A DNA stretch of 64,000 nt from an uncultured Rhodobacterales bacterium. GTDB lineage: Bacteria; Pseudomonadota; Alphaproteobacteria; Rhodobacterales; Rhodobacteraceae. Position 1 is the first letter of the stretch; the number at the start of each line of letters is the position of its first letter. Below are positions 40,447-50,200 of the stretch, in pieces. A program made the translations under genes and the position numbers. The notes beneath the pieces were generated by a model. The model was not told the origin of the DNA. It was given only the letters and a program-made list of their open reading frames with translations, and did not search any database. The stretch covers positions 102,238-166,237 of the forward strand of contig CAZCPY010000001.1 in the NCBI GenBank assembly GCA_964499865.1, read 5' to 3'.

Positions 40447-41091
40447 TCAGCGATCTACAAAGAAGACCTGCTTATGGTCTAAAAATATTTGCTTTAGCTG
40501 CGATACCGCCAGATTAATCTGGTTTTTTATGACAGGGGTATTCCAGGTTGCTCCGGGCGGGAATGATATGGACAAGTATATCATTCGCTCAGGTGCAACA
40601 CCGAGGCGTCTAAATGCGACGTGGCCGATGTTATGGGCCATGTATGTCGTTTTTAGGACGCCTTCATCCATAGTCGCCACGTCAATATCGAGCTCCCCTT
40701 CAGAATACAACCGTAATAGCAGGCGCGCATATGCCGCATCCGCCTCTCGATTTTGCCACTCGTCTTTCAAGGATTGGCCGCTTGTGTTCAACTCTTCGTA
40801 TAGAACACTGCTTTTTACTTTACTCGTCGGATTTGGAATTCCGCCGCCGTTAAAAGATGCGAGCACGAGAGAGCGCTGCGCGCCCGATATCTTAGTGATA
40901 CTGGCGAGCGTCTCGTATATGGTGACGATGGACTTAAGACTTTTGCCGTGTTCTTCCACTCCGCGTCTTTTTCGCCAAGCTTCGAATGTCTGTACGACAT
41001 ACTTGACTAAAAATGCGCCGGTAGCCGAGGAAAGAAGAACTACCCACCAGTCCGAGGCTTGGATCACTGAAAGAAGTAATTTTATATACAT
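40447..41091 (-). CDS. hypothetical protein with N-terminal transmembrane segment
   Basis: 214-aa ORF with ATG start. WWVVLLSSATGAFLVKYVV is hydrophobic. Confidence 0.6.
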   Translation of the reverse strand: MYIKLLLSVIQASDWWVVLLSSATGAFLVKYVVQTFEAWRKRRGVEEHGKSLKSIVTIYETLASITKISGAQRSLVLASFNGGGIPNPTSKVKSSVLYEELNTSGQSLKDEWQNREADAAYARLLLRLYSEGELDIDVATMDEGVLKTTYMAHNIGHVAFRRLGVAPERMIYLSISFPPGATWNTPVIKNQINLAVSQLKQIFLDHKQVFFVDR

Positions 41092-41158
41092 AGAGGCTAT
41101 TCAGACTCCATGTCTAGTGTAAAAAAAGAGGTGGGAATAGTCCCACCTCTAAGACTGA

Positions 41159-41875
41159 CTACGTCGCGTGTGTGCTCGTATCAGCGCGTTTTTCGGTGCC
41201 TTGAGCGGCGTTGTTGTTCAACGCTTCTTTCGCAAGGATCTCGGTCCGGTTCAGTATCCGCGCTTCGCGCTCCTCCGTGCTCGAAGGAATAGGTTCCAAG
41301 CACCGGGAGGTGACTAGGCGGAGTAGGCCTGCGGCCGCATTGATTCTCTTCTGACGCAGTTTGAGAACCGTCTCGCTATCGTTCTGACCAAGCAGAGCGA
41401 TCGCGGTCGTTGTAGAATCGATGATATTCCACAGGGCGCCCGCTCGTGCGCAGACCGCCTCCTCGCTCCCCTTTCGCGCGTTCCGTGCCATTTCCGACGC
41501 CGCCCATACGACGGCCTTTTTCAGGGTGGCCGCGGTTTGGTAGCTGGCGGTGAGGAAGCCGATATCTCCACACAGGCCGATCACGGCCCAGGTTTTTTCA
41601 TCGGCGACGAGATTGTCGATGAGACCTTTTGCGTTATCTCTCTGGTACCAATCACGGATATCGTCCAGATCGCTCTCCAGATGTTTTGCGCTTCTTTCGT
41701 TGAGGATTCGATTTACGATCTTTCGGTCGTGCCTATCGCCACGCCGGCGATGTGTGAAACGAACATGTGTGATGTACATTTCCCTGCCGTTGAGCGTCAG
41801 AGGGATGATGATTGCGCCGACGGAAAACGCGTCTCCGAGGTGGCGGGTCTGGATTGTGTAGTTTTTGGGTAGCAT
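41159..41875 (-). CDS. hypothetical protein (start trimmed)
   Basis: The ATG at 41875 (MLPKNYT) forms a TGATG overlap with the upstream ORF stop. Confidence 0.55.
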   Translation of the reverse strand: MLPKNYTIQTRHLGDAFSVGAIIIPLTLNGREMYITHVRFTHRRRGDRHDRKIVNRILNERSAKHLESDLDDIRDWYQRDNAKGLIDNLVADEKTWAVIGLCGDIGFLTASYQTAATLKKAVVWAASEMARNARKGSEEAVCARAGALWNIIDSTTTAIALLGQNDSETVLKLRQKRINAAAGLLRLVTSRCLEPIPSSTEEREARILNRTEILAKEALNNNAAQGTEKRADTSTHAT

Positions 41876-42060
41876 CAGAGTCGTTGCGCGTTCGTTTGTT
41901 GAAGCAGTTGTTGGAAGTCGTTGAGGTGAATCGTGTGAATCACGCTCTCGTCGTACAGTTTGGTGCTGTACGTCACTAATATGCCGGTAGCAGAAGAGAT
42001 AAGCCCATGCACACATATCTCTCCCCCAGGCTGTGAGTATCTATCTCCGATCGCGATCAT
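41875..42060 (-). CDS. hypothetical small protein (61 aa)
   Basis: The ATG at 42060 (MIAIGDRYSQPGG…) is the protein-like part of the track ORF 41875..42348. Confidence 0.4.
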   Translation of the reverse strand: MIAIGDRYSQPGGEICVHGLISSATGILVTYSTKLYDESVIHTIHLNDFQQLLQQTNAQRL

Positions 42061-42104
42061 GGTTGTTGTGACCTTACATCGTTTGTCGGTAATTTGTGGC
42101 GCGG

Positions 42105-42200
42105 TCAGTTCTTGCGTCTTTCGAGGTAGGCCCTCCAAGCGAGGTTCGCAAAAGCGCATAAGAAGACAAAGCAGGTGGCGATGGCTTCGGGTGTGGTCAT
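42105..42200 (-). CDS. possible 31-aa hydrophobic micro-protein
   Basis: ATGA overlap with the upstream stop. Product is MTTPEAIATCFVFLCAFANLAWRAYLERRKN. Confidence 0.3.
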   Translation of the reverse strand: MTTPEAIATCFVFLCAFANLAWRAYLERRKN

Positions 42201-42490
42201 TTGATGGGTTTCTTCGGCAGTTGCTCGGGGTGGTCGTCGGTTTCGATGGGGCGCCAGCCGTAAAAGTAGCTGTCCACGTTTGCATGCGTTCCCCCAGCGC
42301 GCATCCAGGCACCGTGACCTTTGCCTTGGTATAATTCAACGGCATCATCCCACCGGCCTTCGCACAGGTATCCGCTTATGTGGGCAAGCTGAACCACGCG
42401 CCCATCTTTAGGCGCCGTGCTCATCGGCTGCCACGCGGGCTTCGGGCGGGGCTTGGCGAGTTCGCGGCAGAAGAGCGCGGCGCACTGCAA
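42197..42490 (-). CDS. small conserved prophage-type protein (W-x-P-x-S-T-A-P-K-D-G motif)
   Basis: AWQPMSTAPKDGRVVQL resembles the WxPIxTAPKDG N-termini common in proteobacterial phage proteins. The exact start (TTG at 42490?) is uncertain. Confidence 0.5.
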   Translation of the reverse strand: MQCAALFCRELAKPRPKPAWQPMSTAPKDGRVVQLAHISGYLCEGRWDDAVELYQGKGHGAWMRAGGTHANVDSYFYGWRPIETDDHPEQLPKKPIK

Positions 42491-42557
42491 GCGCGCATCG
42501 CCGCGGCGTGGTTGGCCCTCCGCAGTCTTGCGCGGGGGTCGTCGGGGTGCAAGTCAC

Positions 42558-42812
42558 TCACCGCCGCACCTCCTCGCCCTGCGCAGGCTCTTTGGAGCCA
42601 AGGCCAAACGCCGCTTCGAATTCCTCAAGCGCGCCTCCAGAAATTTGCGCATCGAGCCAGTCGATACCGGGTTGCTGCATCGGGGCGATTTCGCAATGGA
42701 ACGCATAGGCTGCGGCTTTGAGGCGCGCAACCTCAGCTTCCAGCGCGCTAACGCGCGCCCGAAGGTCATCATGCTCGAGCGGTAGTGTGGTGTGGGGGTT
42801 GTTGGTAATCAT
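42558..42812 (-). CDS. hypothetical coiled-coil protein
   Basis: 84 aa. ATG with GGAGG 9 nt upstream and an ATGA overlap with the upstream gene. Confidence 0.5.
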   Translation of the reverse strand: MITNNPHTTLPLEHDDLRARVSALEAEVARLKAAAYAFHCEIAPMQQPGIDWLDAQISGGALEEFEAAFGLGSKEPAQGEEVRR

Positions 42813-43213
42813 TGGAGAGCCTCCAGGGCTTTCTTGGCGTCGCTGTAGTTCCAGTCGCTGTCTTCGTAATTCCGCAGCTCCCGGCCGTCGTCGCTGCTAA
42901 GAAGCTCGCGCCAGCCTTCTCGATACGCCTGTTCCACCAGCGCGCGCAGGCGCTCGACCTGCGCCTCCAGCTCGGCGATACGCGCCATAAGCGCAGTAGC
43001 TATCGGCCGGCTCGCCGCTATCCATTTAGCGTCGTCTGTTGTCAGACAGACCATGCTAGATTGGTCGGAAACAACCGGACCGGCGTGCTCTTCGCCAGGC
43101 CCGCAACAAACAAGCACGTGCCCAGGTTCGTCTGGGAAGCTCTCGTCCTTGCAAACCTTCCAGTCGCCTGGTGTAGTTTTACTAAGCAGCGTTTCAATTT
43201 CTGCAGTGTTCAT
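42809..43213 (-). CDS. ead/Ea22-like protein
   Basis: TPGDWKV … DAKWIAASRPIATALMARIAELEAQVERL follows the pattern I associate with Ea22-like prophage proteins. Confidence 0.5.
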   Translation of the reverse strand: MNTAEIETLLSKTTPGDWKVCKDESFPDEPGHVLVCCGPGEEHAGPVVSDQSSMVCLTTDDAKWIAASRPIATALMARIAELEAQVERLRALVEQAYREGWRELLSSDDGRELRNYEDSDWNYSDAKKALEALQ

Positions 43214-43749
43214 GATTTTTTCGTGTGAATTTGTCGAAGTATATGCTCTAGGGCCTCGGCGTTACCTAAAGCGTCTTCGAGTGCGTTATGCGTGTGTGGC
43301 GTCTGCCTTAGTTTTCTAATGCCGGCACGCATGTCTGATTCTGCGCCTTTATACAGGCATGATATACTGCCACAAGACCACCCGAACGGATTGTATCCGA
43401 GGAATTTGTGGAAGTACCAATTCAAGGCGCCGCCGTCAAACTGAGGGTTGTCGGCCCATAGTTTTACAACGTCGTTTTTTACTCTGATTTGGTCGACCCA
43501 CGCAGCAATGCGTTTTATGCCCTCAGCAGCATCGGGAAAGCTTAGTGTTTTTTCTCGACTAAAACCAGAAATTGCGAGCGCTTCGGGCTGCCACTGGTCA
43601 CTAATCGGTCTTAGTTCCACATAAAGCTTTGGCCGGCTTGGTAACAGGGCTACAAAACCAGCGGAAATTATGGAGTACAGGCCAGGAGCCGGCCCGTCCA
43701 TTTCGATATCGGTCACTACGTTGATAATCATGATATAAGAAAAGTTCAC
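43210..43749 (-). CDS. DEDDh-type 3'-5' exonuclease
   Basis: ExoI VVTDIEMDG, ExoII NPQFDGGALN and ExoIII HNALEDAL. The ATG at 43731 is an alternative start. Confidence 0.65.
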   Translation of the reverse strand: MNFSYIMIINVVTDIEMDGPAPGLYSIISAGFVALLPSRPKLYVELRPISDQWQPEALAISGFSREKTLSFPDAAEGIKRIAAWVDQIRVKNDVVKLWADNPQFDGGALNWYFHKFLGYNPFGWSCGSISCLYKGAESDMRAGIRKLRQTPHTHNALEDALGNAEALEHILRQIHTKKS

Positions 43750-43756
43750 GAGTCAA

Positions 43757-43784
43757 CCCCCTCCGCCAAACATGGCGGAGGGGG
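43757..43784 (-). terminator. GC-rich 11-bp-stem hairpin
   Basis: CCCCCTCCGCC-AAACAT-GGCGGAGGGGG lies directly after the stop at 43792. The U-tract is weak. Confidence 0.45.
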
Positions 43785-43791
43785 CTAACGG

Positions 43792-44106
43792 TCAAAGCCG
43801 GACGCGATGTTCGAAGCGTCGCGGCTGGCCGCCTCTCGACGATATCCACAACCCCTGGTCGGAGTTGTAGAAATCGGTGGTCCTGCGCGCCACTGCGCGC
43901 AACCACTGCACCGCCTCAGTGACGACCGTCCACAGATCGGCGTCGCCACGTAAGCTTGCGGTCGCACGCAAGCGGCAAATCAACGTTACCAACCGGCTTT
44001 CAGCCAGTTGGTCTCCGTTCTTTGCCGATGCGAGCAGCTCCTTCAGCTGCTCGATCACGGCCGCCCTGTCAAAAGGGATCAGCGGTGAGTATTCCGGTGC
44101 GAACAT
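43792..44106 (-). CDS. hypothetical protein (start trimmed)
   Basis: The ATG at 44106 (MFAPEYSPL) is preceded by TAGGAGGTACCCGT. The upstream part of the track ORF is the conserved leader. Confidence 0.5.
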   Translation of the reverse strand: MFAPEYSPLIPFDRAAVIEQLKELLASAKNGDQLAESRLVTLICRLRATASLRGDADLWTVVTEAVQWLRAVARRTTDFYNSDQGLWISSRGGQPRRFEHRVRL

Positions 44107-44109
44107 ACG

Positions 44110-44209
44110 GGTACCTCCTAGTACCTGTAGTTCTGTTGCAGTCCTTGCAACGAGGGAGTAGGTAGAATTACCCACTCATTTACTTATGCCATAAATGAGG
44201 GTATTTTTT
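44110..44209 (-). promoter_or_regulatory. conserved promoter plus structured 5' leader, copy 2
   Basis: Matches 20801-20900 at 92 of 100 positions. Core motif here is TTTATGGCATAAGT. Confidence 0.55.
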
Positions 44210-44271
44210 CTTATTGAAAGAGTATCTATCATATGTAAACCTACAATAGCGCAGACCTAGCGTAGATACAT

Positions 44272-47200
44272 ATGGCTTATACATTAAACGGTGAGCGAGT
44301 TCAACTTGTAATCGACGACAATAGCGGCGGAGCTATAACCGAGATTGCTATAGACGGAGTTAATCTTGTAAACTCTGCAAATAAGTTCCGGCAAGTACAG
44401 TTCGGTTTAACGTGGTCTGATAAGACCGGCTCTTTTTTTCTTAGTGAGTCGGGCAATTCTCCCGCTGGCCCGGCTGCACCGCCTACAGCTGAACTTGTAT
44501 CGGCTGTAGTTGAAGGTGATACGTTAATTACGACGACGAAACTAGGCTATCCACTACCGAGTACAACTACCGCACTGGGCTCATTTTCGGTCGCGGAGAC
44601 GACTCTCGAGAAGCGCGTTACGGTTGACTATCTAGGGAATCCTAACATAATTAGACTCGAATCGGTATTTAATCCCGCAGCGAGTACCAAACTTGGAACG
44701 GCTAGGTTATTATTTTCAGCCTCAACTATTGACGCTCTAAATAGATACTTCTACTATGATCCGACAGTTTTGGCGGAGCCGTTTCAAATTTCTGTAGGCT
44801 CTGTGGCGCCGGCTACGTTTTCTACCGCTAACGATGCCGGCATAATCTACTCTAATCAAAACGGGAGTTTAGCGCTCGGTGTGTACTCCAGAGGCGCGAT
44901 ATCGACTAATGTGCCTCGACGCTTCACGCTGTTGGCTCCGGCGGCTTCTCCGGGCGAAGGCGGCACCGGACTATTCGCCGGAACCATGGTCGTCGCCCAA
45001 GAGACTCAGCCAGGCTCTGGGCTATCTGCCGACAAGTTTTGGAATGAGCAGTTTGTCGTGGTCGGCACATACGCTGAAGTCGCATCAGCTTTTAAGCAGA
45101 TTTTTACAGGCATCCCGCTATCAGCGACGGCGCCGGCCGCCGGTCCCGCAGCGTACCTGAGTATCGTCGCATTCCCTTTACAAATTGCTACCGGCACTAC
45201 GTTTAGTGTTGTCGCGCAGGCTCTGGATGAGAACGGCTTAGTAGACGTGTCGTATACGCAGCCGTTTTCTCTCACGAGTTTTGGGCCGGCGGCGCTCTCT
45301 GGACCTAATACGGCTACACCGACGAACGGGACCGCTGTGTTTTCTGGCGTGTCTGCGACCGCTCTCGGTACGTATTTCGCGCAAGTCACATCTGGCTCTC
45401 TCGTGCCAGCGTCCCATACTCTTCAGGTTGTAAATCCGGTACCAGTTTTACTATTCACAGATCCAACGACCTTTACAACTTCGGCTGTACCAGCGACAAT
45501 CGGCCTAGGAGGTCAATCCTTCCTCGCGGGAATGACCGCGCGTATAACTGGTACAGGAATTACCACTCCCATCACTGTTCCGTGCACTGTGCTTACGGCG
45601 ACAACCGCTACATTTGTACCTCCCGCTGAGATGCAGGTTGTCGGCACGTTTACTATCTCTCTACAAAACATCGGGTCAGCCGGCCTGTTCTCAAATACCA
45701 AGACCATTTTGGTATCAGCCGCTCCTGTCAACCCCGTAGCCAATGAGCTGGTAATCGACGTAATAACCACGTCCTTAACCGTACCGGCCTCTGTTACGCT
45801 ATCGATTCTTGCCATAGACTCGACTCAATTCGACGCAGCATCTAAAGTGATTGACGTCGATGTCGACGGAACTATAACGTTAACAGCCCAGACACTTCCT
45901 GCGGGCGCCTCCGTCACTGGCCTAGGTGCGGTACCTATGGTTAATGGCGTAGCGCAAGTTACTCTTACTACAAACTTCGACGGCACGTTTGTATTCCGGG
46001 CTGACGGTACGGCCCTCAGCTTAGGCACAAAAGACACGCCGGAAATACAGATTGTTAATCCTTCGCTGATCACCCTAAATAGCGTATCCCCGGCATCTAT
46101 CCCGGAAGACAGCCCAGCCACGACGATCACGGTGTCTAGCACACAGCCGGGACTTCCTCAAGGGAATACGACTATTCGCGTTAACGGGCTGGCGCTACCG
46201 ACGACGAGCGTTAATTTTAACACAGCGACCGCGGTAATTCCGGAATCGATGCTCAAGAATCCCGGAACTCTAAGTGTCGACGTGGTTAGCACGAATCCGG
46301 TAACGACTTCTAACTCTATAGCACTAACGATCACTGACGTAATTGAGCCGCCGGCAGCACTAGAGTTCACATCAGTACCAAGTTCGGCAGTATTTGCAGG
46401 CTCCCCGTTCCAAGTTCAAGTTCGAGTTTTGGATACGGATGGAAAGGCGGCTGGACAGGTGCAAGACCTAACTATCACGGTCGCACTGCAGACGCCTGGT
46501 TCGGCGCAACTCAGCGGGTACTTTTCGAAGACAGTAAACAGCAATATCGTTGTTTTTGATGATCTATCTATAGATACCGAAGGAACATACGTATTGACGG
46601 CCACAGCTGTTGGATTGACATCTGCTGAGTCGCCAGACATTACGATCTCGATTCCGGCGGCCCAAATAGTGGCAATTAATCCCGCCAGTGTTACACCTGC
46701 TTTTTTCTCTGATGAGGGTTCTCCGGCATTTGGGCTAACTTATTGGGGTGACGTACCCAACCAGCTAGGTATAAATTTCAACTTCTGGAATATCTACGAA
46801 GACTTTTCGTACTGTTTCCGTGGCAACCTGCGGTATGCGACGACTAAGGCAGTTGGGTTCAACGGTGACGGCCTCGGCACGTCTCCCGATCCAGTTCTAG
46901 ATAGTCTGGGTTGGCCTACCGTACTAAATGGTGAGTATGCTACCGTCCGGTTATTTACCGGCATGAGCGTGCCTCAGCTATATCTAGACGGTACGAACCG
47001 CGGGCTACTGAAGGCGTATAGACCTGGCCGGTACTTATACGAAGTCTGGACCAACACCGGGGTCGCTAATCCAGTCGCCTATTTCGCAGGTGACGGAGAC
47101 TGGGAGCAGCTCTCTTCTGGGTCATTGACAGCCCCGGCTGTGTATCGAGTCACAGTGGCTGAGGCCGATAGAACGAATCAGGGCATCGAGATGGTCCTAT

Positions 47201-50200
47201 TCGCTAACGGTGCAGATCTGAAGATGACAAATTTGATCATCTATCACGAGAATGACGCTGCGTATAAGAATCAGATCTACTGGGATCCTGAACTACAAAC
47301 ACAGTTAAAGCACTTCTGTCGTGGTCGAGACATGGAGGTGAAGCACCTTAATGAGCTCAGCGCGCTTATTTCGAATCTATCACAAGATCCGGCCTTGACG
47401 TGGGCTACCTGGGACGGATACGGCCCTCCGCCATCGGTTATCGTCGCACTGTGTAACTTGGCTGATTTGGATTACCATTTCTGCATTCCCGCCGCGGCAG
47501 CTAGGAACGTATCGTACATCGACTACTGGGCTACGTATATTCGAGACAATCTGAATCCGAAGCTTCGGGTTATACCCACAGTTGGTAACGAAATCTGGAA
47601 CGGCCCGGGTAACGTCGAATTCGATACGTTTAAGTCAGCTTACGTATTCCAGAGTATTCACGCGCCGGCCCTCGGATTCTCTTCGGATTTCACAGGACGT
47701 CTTAAAGCTCAAGCACACTGCCAGCGGCTAGTTCACGACCGCTTTGCAGCTATATTTGCTGGTCAGACTCATCGAGTTGTGAATGCTGTTGAAACACAGA
47801 ACGGCGGCAACGGAATGAGCATAATTCTGGACCATCCGTATGGGCCGGATGGTCAAACGCTCGGTCAGCGCGGCGTTGAAATACTTATAGCCGGCTACTT
47901 CCCTACCGGCGTAGATACGATCGCCTGGCATCAGTACAACCCGGCCTGGTCTACTGTGCAAAAGCAGGCGTTCTTCGAAACGGTCATCTCTGCATACACG
48001 CAGGCGTATACAGACGCCATCAACTCTGCGCGGATCATTGCGGACCAGGTTGGGCCGGGTAAAGCGTATCCCAATTGCTCGCTGGGCTCGTACGAGAAGT
48101 TCTTCCAAGAGGGTGCGCCGTCTCTCGCTGCGGTCCCTGATTGGTCGGCTGGTGCGAGCTACTTCCTCGGTGCGCCCGTTTATTGGCAGGCCGTCGGAGC
48201 GTCAAATAAGACTATACACATCTCTAATGTAGCTAATCCGACTGTCGGTACATTTATTCCCTCACAGTGGACTAACACTGGAGCGATCGTATGGGAAGAC
48301 TACACGTCGCAACAAAGAATAAACGCAACTGTCGGTATGGCGACGTTAAAGTCTATCGACACTTATCGAGGACTGATCGAGAGCGCCGTGGCGCAGTGGA
48401 GAGCACTTACCGACAAGTGCCTAACTATATACAAACTATTCTCGCGTCCGGATAGTCGGAGCGGCTTCAGGTCACTTGGCGCGGAACGTAACGAGCCGTA
48501 CACCCAGTCGACCACGTTTACTTATACCGGTCCGTACGCTCCGAATCAGGCAATTTTGAATACGACAATAAGGCCCAACGGTATTATTCCAGATCCGCTC
48601 GGGTCTGGAGGCTCCGGCGGTCAATTTACATTAACGGGTTTAAAGTTCCGTTCTGATACAGTATTGACTGTGGATGGTGTTGTTACGCCCGCTGTGTACG
48701 TCGATCCTGGATTAATGCTGTTTACGCCCCTCCCGGCTCAACAGGCGGTTGGATTACACCAGGTTATCGCTAAGAACCCGGGCGCGCCAGATTCAAATTC
48801 GGTAACGTACGAAGTGTTAAGTGTTGCTCCTAATCCTGAAGCTGATGTCGGTGTGGCTGTGTTATTCCAAGCAATCGAAGCGCCGAATAACCCCACATCA
48901 TTTCACGCCCCGGAAACCTTATATCTCGTTGGGGCCGCCTTCGATTCCGGTTTCGGTACGGATCCGTTATCAGCACCTAGCGGTATAGATGATGATTATA
49001 CGGAGGCGACAGTAACATGGATTCAAAAGCCGGCAGATACCACGCTAACCGATTTCAGTGTCCCTCTAGTCGCAGGTGTTTTGGGTCCGATCGTACTAAA
49101 TACCAAGGCTGACGGAATCTATCAAGCTGAGGTTACCTTTACTGGCGCGGGTGTGCCGGACGTCACAGGCACGACAGGAACCGTGACCGTGACTAACCCA
49201 GTACCGACGATAGACTCGATTGTACCTAATCTGTTTCAGGCGACCTCAAACCCTGTTACGCTTCAAATAACGACCTCTGGATTCTTTCCGCCAACTGGCG
49301 CAAATGTAATCATAAATGAGCAGATCGTCTTGTCTTCTACGACGGTATCGGCGAATAATAAGTCACTATCGGTCGTATTACCGTCGAGCGTTTCATCCGC
49401 GCCGGGGATCAAGAATGTAGTTGTGACGGTCGACAATTCTGTAGGCGGTGCCCCAGCCTCGTCGAACGCACTGTCTTTCGAGGTCACATCGCCTCCGCCA
49501 GGAGTAGAGAATCTTCCTGCCAGCATTGTTGTAGGTCCTACCAGCTACCAGCGGCTGCTCCCGGCCGTCGGCCCCGTTATAACTAGCGCTACTCCTCTAC
49601 GAGACGCGCTGCGTACGATCGGTAAGTATTCTTCAGTTATAACTCCGGATAATACGCAACTGTTCACGCAGCAGGTAAATGGCGAGAATGCGTTCGAGGT
49701 GGTAGAGATTCTAGCCGGCGCGTACGGTAACATCATATTCTCCACAAATAACAATGGCCCTCACGATGTTGCAATAGGCGCACCTTTAAGCGCTTCGGCG
49801 CCGCTACTGATTCGAGCCAGACGAGTTTCGGGTGTTGCTGATAAGGTGGTTATTCGCCCCTCGGACTTTACTGACCCGATTCCGGCCAGTATCTTTATTA
49901 CCGGTAATTCGAACCTAAGCTTCGTTCACTGGTACGACGTTACTGTATTTGGACACCAACTATCATGCTTGGCCACGGATAACAAGCTGTTGACTCCGAC
50001 CGGCGTGTTAGGTAATCCGGCTCAGGCGTTCCGTAGTTGGAAGTGGGTTCGGTGCAATTTCCTTGGTAATTGGGACCCGCGCATCGTAGCGCTCGGCTCT
50101 GACCGGTTTGTGCGCGCACCTTTAATCGGAACATCGCAGGCGCAGTGGAACGCCGCAGGCGTCGAAATCATTGGCGGTGATAAGTCCTCATGGACCACAA

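Noticed and set aside
41875-42348. Full-length 157-aa track ORF, and ORF 42554..42772, in the GC-rich island.
   Set aside because: Their 5' portions are Pro/Arg/Thr-rich and overlap better-supported small genes (42105..42200 and 42197..42490). Only the 3' 61 codons (41875..42060) look protein-like.
45006-46640. Series of 70-127-aa minus-strand ORFs within the 2503-aa gene (45006..45389, 45513..45815, 45825..46142, 46158..46370 and 46416..46640).
   Set aside because: They lie antisense to an uninterrupted 7.5-kb ORF rich in Thr, Ala, Val and Ser. Such codon composition routinely leaves the antisense frame open.
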